This document shows, in pieces, positions 8,582-17,517 of a stretch of 64,000 bases of DNA. The notes under the pieces were generated by a model that was not told where the DNA came from, ran no database searches, and worked only from the letters and a program-made list of their open reading frames with translations. The position numbers and the translations under genes were made by a program. The stretch's first letter is position 1. The number at the start of each line of letters is the position of its first letter. Location: assembly GCA_036488585.1 (NCBI GenBank), contig DASXHH010000024.1, positions 85-64,084 on the forward strand. Reading direction: 5' to 3'. The DNA is from Candidatus Saccharimonadia bacterium (GTDB lineage Bacteria > Patescibacteriota > Saccharimonadia > UBA4664).

Positions 8582-9018
8582 TATTCAACAACCTCCACGC
8601 CCATGCTGCGGGCCTGGCCGGCCACGATTTTCTCGGCGGCTTCGACGCTGTGAGCGTTCATGTCCTTAAGTTTCTTCTCGGCCAACTCGGTGACCTGAGC
8701 CTTGGAGAGAGTTCCCACCTTGGTCTTGTTGGGCACGCCACTCCCCTTCTCGATACCCGCGGATTTGCGGATGAGGGTAGCAACAGTATCGCCCTTGAAG
8801 GTGAATTCGAAGGTGCGGTCCTCGAAGATCTTGACCTTCACGGTCAGCTTCTCGTCGGGCAGCTCACGGGTCTGCTCGTTGAAGGCGTTGACGAATTCCA
8901 TCATGTTTACGCCCTGCGCGCCGAGCATGGAGCCCACGGGCGGTGCCGGAGTGGCCTTGCCGGGAGCGAGGCGGAACTTAATATTGGCTTTGACTGGCTT
9001 AGCTTTGGGTACAGCCAT
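8581..9018 (-). CDS. rplK: 50S ribosomal protein uL11
   Basis: 'GKATPAPPVGSMLG', 'GQARSMGVEV'. Confidence 0.98.
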   Translation of the reverse strand: MAVPKAKPVKANIKFRLAPGKATPAPPVGSMLGAQGVNMMEFVNAFNEQTRELPDEKLTVKVKIFEDRTFEFTFKGDTVATLIRKSAGIEKGSGVPNKTKVGTLSKAQVTELAEKKLKDMNAHSVEAAEKIVAGQARSMGVEVVE

Positions 9019-9029
9019 AAAGTCTCCTG

Positions 9030-9063
9030 GTGGTGCAAACGGTTACCTACGGCAACCTCCCAC
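9030..9063 (-). promoter_or_regulatory. uL1-binding autoregulatory leader of rplK-rplA
   Basis: Minus strand GTGG-GA-GGTTGCC-GTA-GGTAACC-GTTTGCA-CCAC immediately before SD AGGAG; matches the GUGGGAG...ACCAC L1-binding structure. Confidence 0.7.
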
Positions 9064-9122
9064 GTTAAGTTAACCTAGATACTTTAACAGATTTAGGCTG
9101 GTTTGAAAAGGGGTAATTGGGA

Positions 9123-9671
9123 CTAGATTTTCTTGACTTGCAGACTATCGAGCTCGACTGGGGTTTCACGGCCGAACATATTTACGAGAACTTTGATCTT
9201 GCCCTTGTTCTCGTCGATCTCAGAGACCATGCCATCGAAGCCCTTGAAGGGGCCGTCGGTGATGTTGACGGCTTCACCGACCTGGAAGTCGATCTTGAAC
9301 TTTGGCTCCTCTACGCCCATGCGCTTCTGGATATGCTTAACCTCGTCTTCGGAGATTGGGGTGGGCGTGGTGCCGGAACCGACGAAGCCGGTGACGTTGG
9401 GGGTGTTGCGTACGACGTACCAGGAATCCTCGGTGACGTCCATTTGCACGAGCACGTAGCCCGGGAAGATACGACGCTCGACAATGCGGCGGCGACCGTT
9501 TTTGATCTCGATCTGGTTCTCTTTGGGCACAATTACGTCGAAGATTTTCTCGGCCATGTGCATAGTTTCGATGCGCTGACGCAGGTTTTCAGCCACACGG
9601 TCCTCGTAACCCGAGTAGGTGTGAATGACGTACCAATGATGGTGCTTAGTCTTGGTCTTGTCTTCGGCCAT
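9123..9671 (-). CDS. nusG: Transcription termination/antitermination factor NusG
   Basis: 'WYVIHTYSGYE', 'IFPGYVLVQM', KOW 'VNMFGRETPVEL'. Confidence 0.98.
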   Translation of the reverse strand: MAEDKTKTKHHHWYVIHTYSGYEDRVAENLRQRIETMHMAEKIFDVIVPKENQIEIKNGRRRIVERRIFPGYVLVQMDVTEDSWYVVRNTPNVTGFVGSGTTPTPISEDEVKHIQKRMGVEEPKFKIDFQVGEAVNITDGPFKGFDGMVSEIDENKGKIKVLVNMFGRETPVELDSLQVKKI

Positions 9672-9673
9672 GT

Positions 9674-9862
9674 TTACCCTTTAACGATTATGCTCTGAAC
9701 CAGGTTGGAGAAGATGAAGTCCATGAATCCTAGGACCAGAGCCATTACCAACGAAAACCCAATGACCAACAGGGTCAACCGGATGGTTTGGCGGCGGTTG
9801 GGCCAGGAAACTTTGGCTAACTCGGCGCGCGAGGCGGCGAAGTAATCCATGAGCGGCTTCAT
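9674..9862 (-). CDS. secE: Preprotein translocase subunit SecE
   Basis: 'ELAKVSWPNR' plus a single TM helix; directly upstream of nusG. Confidence 0.95.
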   Translation of the reverse strand: MKPLMDYFAASRAELAKVSWPNRRQTIRLTLLVIGFSLVMALVLGFMDFIFSNLVQSIIVKG

Positions 9863-9962
9863 GCGATGCTCTCTCCTTGTCCGCTTACGCGGGCAAAATT
9901 AAAAAGCCTGCGGCTTTGTGTCAATATTGCCTGAATTTAGGGCAAAAGTCAACGGTGGTGGG

Positions 9963-11720
9963 CTAAAGCTTAATCCAGGGTAGAGCCAGCACGGCAACTA
10001 CGAGGATGGTGGTGAGTGATACGAGTAGGGCGAGTGGGGCACGCTTGGCTTCGGCGGGTTGGCGGCCGGAGAGTAGGTTGACGGCGCCGTCTGTGTGATC
10101 GGCCAGTACGAGCTGGCGGTAGAGGGCGACCCACCAGGCGGCGGTGCCAGCGCCGAATAAGGCTCCGGCTAGCCAGGCGACGACCGCTACGCCGAGTGTG
10201 ACGGCGAGATGGAGGCCGGCGGGGGCGGCGGCGACAAATGCGACAGCGAGGACTGCCAGAGGTAGGGCCATGAGTAGCTCGATGGCAGCAGCCAGGAACC
10301 GCAAGCCAAGCAGTTCAAAGCGGTGGCTAAACAATCGCCATCCGAGTTTGATGGCAGATTTGGGACCATTAGCAGTGAGCGTAATTGCTACGCCGGCCAG
10401 GCCGTGGGTAATGGCCATGGCTGTGAGCAGATAGAGTAGCAGCAGGAAAGCTACGAACAGGGCGCCGATTTGCAGCTGGATATTGACGGGCCAGGTTTGG
10501 CCGCCAGTGGCGATGAGCAGGCCAACGACGGCTAGTAGAGCGAGCTGGATGCAGGCGTAAAGGCTGTCGAGAGCTAGTCGACGGCCAAAGGTGTTGATGC
10601 CGACGCCTAGCTGTTTTGAGAGCGAGACGGGGCGATGATCGGCTTCGCGGGCTACGCCATAGGTGATGGCAGCTTGTCCAACACTGCGCCCCAGGTAATA
10701 CAGGAGAGCCAGCCCGGTGAGTTGCGCTACAAGAAATGGCTCGGGGTGCTGCAAGCGGTTGGCTAGCCCGTTCGGGCCGAGGGTGAGGAACAGCCAAGTA
10801 CCGTAGCTCACCACCGCCGCGAAAGCTACGGATGCCAGACCGGCTAGGCCAAGATGACGCGGACGGGCCCGAGCTTGCAGGCTGAATTTCATTGCGGGGC
10901 CAAAATGTAGTGCAGGCACGCCGACTTTGTGGACATGGTGACGCTTGGGAGCGGATTTTGGCCAGGTGAAGAGAGGCTTGCGTTTGTGCTTGGGCTTATG
11001 GACGGGCTTGGATTTGGCTAGCTCTGGCTCTTCGGTATCGGGTTTGATGGTGACTGGACGCGGCTTGCGGGGCGCGATGTCGCTCATGCGGCGAGGTCCG
11101 GGCAGTGGTATGTCGGCGGGTGGTGCTGGTGTTGTCGGCGTAGGAACAGGGGCAGGCACTGGGCTAGGAGCTTTGGGGCTGCCGAGTTGAGGAGCGTCTG
11201 GAAGGGCAGGGGCGGTCATATTGATGCTGCGGCGAGGAGCGTCGAGCGGGCCGGACTTGGGGCGGCCCGGTTTGCGGTGCTTGGTTCTGGTGGTGTCGGT
11301 AATAATTTCCGGCTTAGAATTGTCCGACTTGGCAATGTCGGTTTCGCCTTCGGCTTCAACCACAGGCTTGATGCGCCCGCGGGATTTGAAGATGAGCGGA
11401 TGCGTCCCGCTATCAGCATCGGGTTCGGCGGTTTTGGTGGGCTTTGGGTCCATGGTTGGCTCGGGTGCTTTAACCGGTTTGTCCCTGCTCGCAGGCTTGG
11501 TGGCCTGCTTGGTGTCGACCGCGGCGGTAACGATGGCGGTGGCGGTGGTGGCTGCTGGTATGCCGGAAGCGGATAGGATTTTTACGCCTTCGGGTAAACC
11601 GCTGGCTTGCACGCCGGCCACGCCGCTGGCGGGAGCGGGCACTGCTTGGCCACAATTAATACAGAAGTGCTGCCCTTGCACCTCAATGATGTCGTCGGAA
11701 TGGCAGTTAGGACAAACCAT
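9963..11720 (-). CDS. Membrane protein: N-terminal Zn-ribbon, long Pro/Lys/Thr-rich disordered linker, multi-TM C-terminal domain
   Basis: 'CPNC...CINCG'; ~240-aa low-complexity segment; about 7 hydrophobic segments. Confidence 0.8.
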   Translation of the reverse strand: MVCPNCHSDDIIEVQGQHFCINCGQAVPAPASGVAGVQASGLPEGVKILSASGIPAATTATAIVTAAVDTKQATKPASRDKPVKAPEPTMDPKPTKTAEPDADSGTHPLIFKSRGRIKPVVEAEGETDIAKSDNSKPEIITDTTRTKHRKPGRPKSGPLDAPRRSINMTAPALPDAPQLGSPKAPSPVPAPVPTPTTPAPPADIPLPGPRRMSDIAPRKPRPVTIKPDTEEPELAKSKPVHKPKHKRKPLFTWPKSAPKRHHVHKVGVPALHFGPAMKFSLQARARPRHLGLAGLASVAFAAVVSYGTWLFLTLGPNGLANRLQHPEPFLVAQLTGLALLYYLGRSVGQAAITYGVAREADHRPVSLSKQLGVGINTFGRRLALDSLYACIQLALLAVVGLLIATGGQTWPVNIQLQIGALFVAFLLLLYLLTAMAITHGLAGVAITLTANGPKSAIKLGWRLFSHRFELLGLRFLAAAIELLMALPLAVLAVAFVAAAPAGLHLAVTLGVAVVAWLAGALFGAGTAAWWVALYRQLVLADHTDGAVNLLSGRQPAEAKRAPLALLVSLTTILVVAVLALPWIKL

Positions 11721-11861
11721 TAGCTTTATTTAACCATTCTGAGCGTTATATCTCAATGCGCTTGTGCCTTGCAGTTATGCACCGCTATCCCCAGAAATTT
11801 CGTGCGTTTATACAAGCTTTGGGGGACTTGGGTTGTCATTTTGGACGATCGCTGTGGGCGC

Positions 11862-13544
11862 CTATTTTGACTGAGTGACGACTGGTTCACGCTGGGCGGT
11901 GGTGGCCACCTGTCGCGACTGTTCGCCCGGGACGTTAACGGGTACCAACACGCGGAAGGTAGAACCGTGGTTGAGCTTGGAGGTGAAGGTGATCTGTACG
12001 CCCAACTTTTCGGCTAGTTTGCGAGTGATGTACAAGCCGAGGCCAGTACCACCGGTCGCGCGGGTGCGGTAGTCCTCGGAGCGGTAGAATTTGTTGAAGA
12101 TTTTGGATTTATCGGTGGTGCTCATGCCGATGCCGGTGTCGTGAACGGCAAATTCGGTACCGTCGGGGCGGCGCTCCACTTCAAGTATCACACTACCCTT
12201 CTCGGTGTATTTAATAGCGTTGGTGATGAAGTTCTGGAGGATTTCGCGCAGATCGTGCTCGCTTGTAACCATGCTGCCGAGCTCGTGGCCCATTTGTAGC
12301 TTGAGTTCCAGCTTTTTGGCTTGGGCTTGCGGGCGGTAATCGCGGGCCAGCTGCTCCGCGAAGAGCGTGGTATTAACGATTTCACGCTCGGGCATGAGAT
12401 CGGCCCGTTCGGCCCGAGACAGGTTGGTGAGACTCTGGATGAGCTCACCGAGGAAGACGGTGTTTTCGTGGGCCTGGTCGAGTAGTTTACGGGCCTTGGG
12501 TGGAATTTTGGCGTAACCCGGCAAGAGAGCGGTAGATAGGTTGGCCTCAGCGATGGCTAGTGGCGTACGCAATTCATGCGAGGTAACGGAAATGAACTCG
12601 TCGCGTTCGTCGTCGAGAGATTTTTGCTTGGTGATGTCACGAAATACGGCCATATAGCCGCCCCAGTTTTCGTTGCGCGAGTAGCCAAACACGTGGACCG
12701 GTGAAACGGTGAGGTCGAGCACTATTTTGGAGCCGTCCGAGGCGTGGTAGAACAAGTCCTGGCGGTTTAATGGACGATCGTGCTCGGTGGCTAGGCGGAG
12801 TAAATGTACACGATCCCCGTGCGCGTTGTAGAGCGGTAGTAGCTCGTTGATGGAGCCGCCGTTGATGTCGCGGTTGGTGTTGAGGAGCTCGAGGGCGGCG
12901 GCATTGTAGAGGTAGATCTTGCCGTGCTCGTCCACAGCTAGAACTGCGCTGGAGAGGCTATTGATGAGGCTGAGCAGGCGCTGGCGCTCGTTTTCGATGC
13001 GGCGAGTGAAGCGGCTTTCGAGTAGATACTCCTCGTCACGGCTGCGCACCGATTGCTCTGCCACTAGGCTAAATACGATTAAGAAGACGAGTTTAATGAT
13101 GAATTGGAATTCCGGGGCACTCGGCTGGGGCGTGAGATCGGTTTTGAGTAAAACCAGGGTTATAAATACCTGCGCGCTGAGCGAAAACGCGAATCCGGCG
13201 ATGCCGTACGAAGCGATGGTGGCGATGATTAGAAGGAAGAAAAACGGATAGTAGGGGCTACCGAGGCCGCCGCTTACCAGCACAATCGACAGCACGAAGA
13301 TGTGGTCGACGGTAAGCGAGTTCATGCGCGAGCGGAAGAACGGCCGTTGAAGCAGTTTGGGGCTGTAGCGCAGGGCGTTATAGATGGCGGTAGGGACGAT
13401 AATCGTTATAACGATGAGACCGTAGGCAGTCTGGAAGGGGTACGTAATAAGTACTAGCCCCAAGCAAATCCAACGAGCCATTCGAGACGATGATTCGTAA
13501 TATTCCTCACGATCGAAGATGGGCCTGGAGAGTGTGGCCTTCAT
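11862..13544 (-). CDS. Membrane-bound PAS-domain sensor histidine kinase
   Basis: N-terminal TMs, PAS, H-box 'SHELRTPL', N-box 'NFITNAIKYT', G-boxes 'DTGIG' and 'GTGLGL'. Confidence 0.95.
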   Translation of the reverse strand: MKATLSRPIFDREEYYESSSRMARWICLGLVLITYPFQTAYGLIVITIIVPTAIYNALRYSPKLLQRPFFRSRMNSLTVDHIFVLSIVLVSGGLGSPYYPFFFLLIIATIASYGIAGFAFSLSAQVFITLVLLKTDLTPQPSAPEFQFIIKLVFLIVFSLVAEQSVRSRDEEYLLESRFTRRIENERQRLLSLINSLSSAVLAVDEHGKIYLYNAAALELLNTNRDINGGSINELLPLYNAHGDRVHLLRLATEHDRPLNRQDLFYHASDGSKIVLDLTVSPVHVFGYSRNENWGGYMAVFRDITKQKSLDDERDEFISVTSHELRTPLAIAEANLSTALLPGYAKIPPKARKLLDQAHENTVFLGELIQSLTNLSRAERADLMPEREIVNTTLFAEQLARDYRPQAQAKKLELKLQMGHELGSMVTSEHDLREILQNFITNAIKYTEKGSVILEVERRPDGTEFAVHDTGIGMSTTDKSKIFNKFYRSEDYRTRATGGTGLGLYITRKLAEKLGVQITFTSKLNHGSTFRVLVPVNVPGEQSRQVATTAQREPVVTQSK

Positions 13545-13587
13545 ATGCAATTAGCATAACCGCTTTGTGCGGGCAGGGCTAGAGTAT

Positions 13588-14082
13588 CTACTTGCTGCGA
13601 TGAGGGCGTAGACGGATCGTTCGCAGTGGTGCGAGCAGGCGCGGGTAGCGACGGCCGAGCAAACTGAGTGCAGTAACGATCATGCCAAACAGTAGTGACA
13701 GGCCAATCCAACCCCAGAGCGATGGCCCGGCGGCATCAGCGACTTGCACGGGCGCGCCGTCGGCTTCGCCCATTATGACTTGAAGCGTTTGATCGGATGA
13801 GGCTGGGGCCTGCAGGGCTGATCCGTTGGGTGCGGTAAGGCCGGTAGCGTCGGAGCCGGTGGACTGGAGTGGCGACCCGCCGACCGGCTGCAGTGAGCCG
13901 GAATCGTTGGTAGAGCTACCGGCGCCCGAAGTGAGCGAGCTTGGTCCCAACAGGTAGCTGGCTGATGAGGGCGCCGGCGTATCGGTGGCGGCTGGTGTGT
14001 CAGCGGGTGCAGGGGTGGCGTCGGCCAGTGCGACGACGGGCACGAAGACTAGGCTGCCGATAACCAGGAGTCGGATGAACAT
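13588..14082 (-). CDS. Secreted, C-terminally anchored Ser/Thr/Ala/Pro-rich protein
   Basis: Signal peptide 'MFIRLLVIGSLVFVPVVALA', low-complexity body, C-terminal TM and basic tail; TACAAT-N6-ATG. Confidence 0.75.
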   Translation of the reverse strand: MFIRLLVIGSLVFVPVVALADATPAPADTPAATDTPAPSSASYLLGPSSLTSGAGSSTNDSGSLQPVGGSPLQSTGSDATGLTAPNGSALQAPASSDQTLQVIMGEADGAPVQVADAAGPSLWGWIGLSLLFGMIVTALSLLGRRYPRLLAPLRTIRLRPHRSK

Positions 14083-14167
14083 GTGGTCATTGTATCGGAC
14101 TAGGGGTGGGCGGACAAACATTTATGCGAATCAGTGAAAACGGTAATGGTTAGCATATAATGAGGCT

Positions 14168-15184
14168 ATGCAGATAGCACACCACCGGCGATCACGATGG
14201 CGCATTTTGCTCTACCCAGTGCTAGGAATTGTGGTGGCAGATTTGGCGTACCAAGCGATTGTGGCCTGGCGGGCGTGGCATATTTTGGAGCGGGCGCAGC
14301 CGGAATTTTTGATTCTGGCGGTGTTAAATCAGCTAGTGGTGTACTGGATTTTGGTGCCGGCGATGCAGCGGTTTTACGGCGCAGCGGGAATTGCACTGCA
14401 TCACCGTAGGACGTTTGGCATGCTGGCTACAGGCTTGGCGGTAGCCAGGATAATTCCCGTAGGCGAATATGTGGTGTGGCGGGCGGCTACCCGTAAGTTG
14501 CGCGGAGGCGCGAGCGCTACGACGCAGTGGTTGATTTTGTATTACGCCTGGATGTTCGCGGGATTGGTGCTGCTATTCATGGTATTCCAAGTAATAACGT
14601 TCGTGGCATATCCGAACGCGCACGTAAAGAGTCTGGTTGGTTTGCTAAGATACCTGCCAGTCTTAATGGGGGTGTTGCTGGTAATAATCGGGGTATTATT
14701 GGCCACCCAGGTATCTTGGGTGCAACGGTTGATCTGGAAGGTGGCGTTCGATCGCTTTGGCAGCCGGTCGGTGTGGCCGTGGCACATCGTGCGCGACCGC
14801 AAGCTGGGACGGTACGAGTTGGGGGCACTGAGTGCGGCGGCGGTGGGCATGTGGCTGGTGGAAGGCTTCACCATGTTTTTATGCTTATACTCACTAAATA
14901 TCCGTGTGCCGCTGGTGATTGCGATGTTTGGCTTTACGTTTGCGCGATTGTTCGCTTTGCTGCCGTTGACCCCGGGTGGAATCGGGATAATTGAGACGGG
15001 TGCAGTGCTGTTCTTTGCGGCCTATGGCTACCCGGTGGGGCCCGTGTTTACAGCGGTTGTGATTTACCGTCTCATAACCTACTGGCCGGCACTGTTGGTG
15101 GGTGCAGGGGTGTATTTGGCTGATCGCGGGGTGCCAATATCGGTGGCACTGTCTGAAGGTTACGCTCGGCTGCGGGAATCATAA
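14168..15184 (+). CDS. Lysylphosphatidylglycerol-synthase TM / flippase-like (UPF0104) membrane protein
   Basis: 'LPLTPGGIGIIE' and 'VVIYRLITYW' motifs; multiple TMs. Confidence 0.88.
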   Translation: MQIAHHRRSRWRILLYPVLGIVVADLAYQAIVAWRAWHILERAQPEFLILAVLNQLVVYWILVPAMQRFYGAAGIALHHRRTFGMLATGLAVARIIPVGEYVVWRAATRKLRGGASATTQWLILYYAWMFAGLVLLFMVFQVITFVAYPNAHVKSLVGLLRYLPVLMGVLLVIIGVLLATQVSWVQRLIWKVAFDRFGSRSVWPWHIVRDRKLGRYELGALSAAAVGMWLVEGFTMFLCLYSLNIRVPLVIAMFGFTFARLFALLPLTPGGIGIIETGAVLFFAAYGYPVGPVFTAVVIYRLITYWPALLVGAGVYLADRGVPISVALSEGYARLRES

Positions 15185-15217
15185 ACATAATAGCGTGGGG
15201 CCGGAGCCCGCAGAGGT

Positions 15218-15889
15218 TTACTCCGCGGGCCCGGCAGTGGCATCGTCATCTGGAATGCGAATTTCGATGGTTTTGCCGTTGATAGTTACCGAGATCTTGG
15301 TGCCGGGTGGGCCGACCACGGTGAAACTCGCCCACTCATGGCGGAACGTCAGTGTCCGAGGCTTCACGGGGGATTCCAGGTTGTCGAGTGTGACCTGGCC
15401 TAGCCAGGCCGCCGCCGCGACCATCATGGCATAGGAACCTGACCTCGGTTGGCGAATGCCAGCTTGGGCCAGGATCTCCCGGTTGTAGGGGTCTATATCA
15501 GTCGTACCCCAGCGGCTATCAATGGCGCGGGGATATAGATCGTATGACCCGGCAATTAGAGAGACTTGGTAGGGGCTTAGGGGGCTTCGGCTGAGAGCTC
15601 GGACGGTTTGCGTGTATGGCTGGCCGGCGGCGGTGTCCTTGATGAAGGTGGCACTGAGAAGGGCAGGGTCGAAGCGCTTTTCATTTAGCACTCGGACCAG
15701 CACACCTAGAATGCCGAGTCCGAAGTGGCGTTGGACGGCTTCGCGCCAGCGCGACAGCGAAACTTCGCCCCAGCCGAGTTTTTCGGATGCCTCCTTGATA
15801 GTAAGGCCATAGGCCAGAGCGGCCAGGACCTGCTGAGCTGGCAGTAGCAGGACGCCATCGCGATCTACGACCGCGGCGATTTTTGTCAT
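15218..15889 (-). CDS. Hypothetical protein with LuxR-like HTH
   Basis: 'LLPAQQVLAALAYGLTIKEASEKLGWGEVSLSRWREAVQRHFG' resembles the LuxR C-terminal HTH; SD GGGAGAG; extended -10 TGGTATAGT. Confidence 0.6.
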   Translation of the reverse strand: MTKIAAVVDRDGVLLLPAQQVLAALAYGLTIKEASEKLGWGEVSLSRWREAVQRHFGLGILGVLVRVLNEKRFDPALLSATFIKDTAAGQPYTQTVRALSRSPLSPYQVSLIAGSYDLYPRAIDSRWGTTDIDPYNREILAQAGIRQPRSGSYAMMVAAAAWLGQVTLDNLESPVKPRTLTFRHEWASFTVVGPPGTKISVTINGKTIEIRIPDDDATAGPAE

Positions 15890-15994
15890 GGGCTCTCCCG
15901 GGCGTGATGTCGGAGTGCTGGGTTTTGGCTTTCCCTGTGCGGTACTATACCACTATTGCCGAATGGCCTGGCACGTGGTAATAATGGGTCTACA

Positions 15995-16184
15995 GGCGAT
16001 GAAGCAGCTGACACTGCCGAGCCAGGGGAAGAACATCCGTGAGTCTCACGAACTATTAGACCCCCTCGGGACCGCCCGTTATAGCGGAAAATTAAGGCCT
16101 CATCAGGCGAAGCAAGGTGGCACCACGGCAATTATGTCGTCCTTGCGGGAACACGAAACTATTTCGTGAACCGCGAGGTTTTTT
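15995..16184 (+). promoter_or_regulatory. T-box riboswitch (Asp, GAC specifier) with ultrashort Stem I and intrinsic terminator
   Basis: Stem I GGC-GATGAA-GCAG-CTGACA-CTGC-CGA-GCC; Stem II with GAAGAAC/TAGA; IIA/B pseudoknot CGGG-ACCG-CCCG..GCGG; T-box GCAAGG-TGGCACC-ACGG; terminator CCTTGCGG..CCGCGAGG-TTTTTT; upstream of aspS. Confidence 0.9.
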
Positions 16185-16203
16185 AGTTGTAAGGAGACAA
16201 TAT

Positions 16204-17517
16204 ATGACACGGGTAATTACGAGTGAACTGGGCCATCATGTTGGCGGCGAAGTAACTGTGAAGGGTTGGTTGCATAAGCGGCGCGACCTGGGCGGCATTG
16301 TGTTTTTGGTGGTGCGCGATCGTGGTGGCGTGGTGCAGATTGTGGTGCGTAGCGAAGACGAGCAGAAGAAACTCGACGGTCTGTACGCCGGTACAGTACT
16401 TCAGGTGCGCGGCAAAGTGGTGGCCGAGCCACGGGCGGCCGGTGGAGTGGAGATTCATGAGCCGGAGCTTGAGATAATGATGCCGGTGACGGAGGTGCCG
16501 CCGATTGAGATCGATAAACCGATCGACCATAACCCAGAGAATTTCGACACGCTGTTTGAAAACCGGGTATACAACACGCGCAACCTTACGGAGCAGAAGA
16601 TTTTCCGAGTACGAGCGGGGATTTTGCGCTATATCCGCGAGTACCTGACCGAGCATGAATTTGTAGAAATCCAGACGCCGAAGCTACTGGCCGGGGCAAC
16701 AGAGGGTGGCGCCGAGGTGTTTAAGACTGATTACTTTGGCCAGGAGGCGACGCTAGCACAGTCGCCGCAGCTATACAAACAGATGATGGTGGGGGCGTTT
16801 GAGCGGGTGTTTGAGCTGGCGCCGGCGTTTCGGGCCGAGCCGAGTGTGACCACGCGGCACATGAGCGAGGTGATGATGCTCGACATCGAGATGGGCTTCA
16901 TTGATAAGCATGATGACGTACTGAAGATGACCGAGGACCTAGTGAACTACGTGATGACGAGTGTATACCGGGATTACGCGCCGGAACTGGCGGAGCTGGG
17001 AGCGCCAGAGTTAGTGCTCAAGCCGGACTTTCCGCGCTTTACGGTGGCGCAAATCCACCAGATGTTCTCAGAGGCAACTGGTGAGGACACGACGGACGAG
17101 AAAGACCTCACTCCCGCGGAGGAGCGATGGATCTGCGAGCACGCGAAGGAGAAGCTCGGTTGCGAGGCGGTGTTTGCAACCGATTTTCCGGTGGAGGCCA
17201 AGAAGTTCTACCACATGGTGAATCCGGATGACCCCAAGACGGTACTGTGGGCCGACCTATTGTTTCGCGGTATCGAGATTGCAACGGCGCCCCAGCGTGA
17301 ACACCGCTACGAGGTGTTGGTAAAACAGATGAAGGAGGCGGGTATAGATCCCGAGCACCCCGGTTACCGGTATTACCTGCAGGCGTTTCGGGCTGGTTTG
17401 CCGGCGCATGGTGGATTTGGGTTTGGGGTTGATCGGCTAGTGGAGAAGACGCTGGGACTGAGCAACGTGAAGGAGGCGGTGCTGTTTCCGCGCGATACCA
17501 GGCGCCTCACGCCCTAG
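16204..17517 (+). CDS. aspS: Aspartate-tRNA ligase, archaeal-type / probably non-discriminating AspRS
   Basis: OB fold 'RDLGGIVFLVVRDRGG', 'ATEGGAEVF', 'LAQSPQLYKQ', 'PAHGGFGFGVDRL', 'LFPRDTRRLTP'; no GAD insert; SD AAGGAG. Confidence 0.93.
   Translation: MTRVITSELGHHVGGEVTVKGWLHKRRDLGGIVFLVVRDRGGVVQIVVRSEDEQKKLDGLYAGTVLQVRGKVVAEPRAAGGVEIHEPELEIMMPVTEVPPIEIDKPIDHNPENFDTLFENRVYNTRNLTEQKIFRVRAGILRYIREYLTEHEFVEIQTPKLLAGATEGGAEVFKTDYFGQEATLAQSPQLYKQMMVGAFERVFELAPAFRAEPSVTTRHMSEVMMLDIEMGFIDKHDDVLKMTEDLVNYVMTSVYRDYAPELAELGAPELVLKPDFPRFTVAQIHQMFSEATGEDTTDEKDLTPAEERWICEHAKEKLGCEAVFATDFPVEAKKFYHMVNPDDPKTVLWADLLFRGIEIATAPQREHRYEVLVKQMKEAGIDPEHPGYRYYLQAFRAGLPAHGGFGFGVDRLVEKTLGLSNVKEAVLFPRDTRRLTP

Noticed and set aside
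16117-16203. ORF-track upstream start for aspS (MAPRQLC...)
   Set aside because: It lies within the T-box antiterminator/terminator; the ATG at 16204 has SD AAGGAG.
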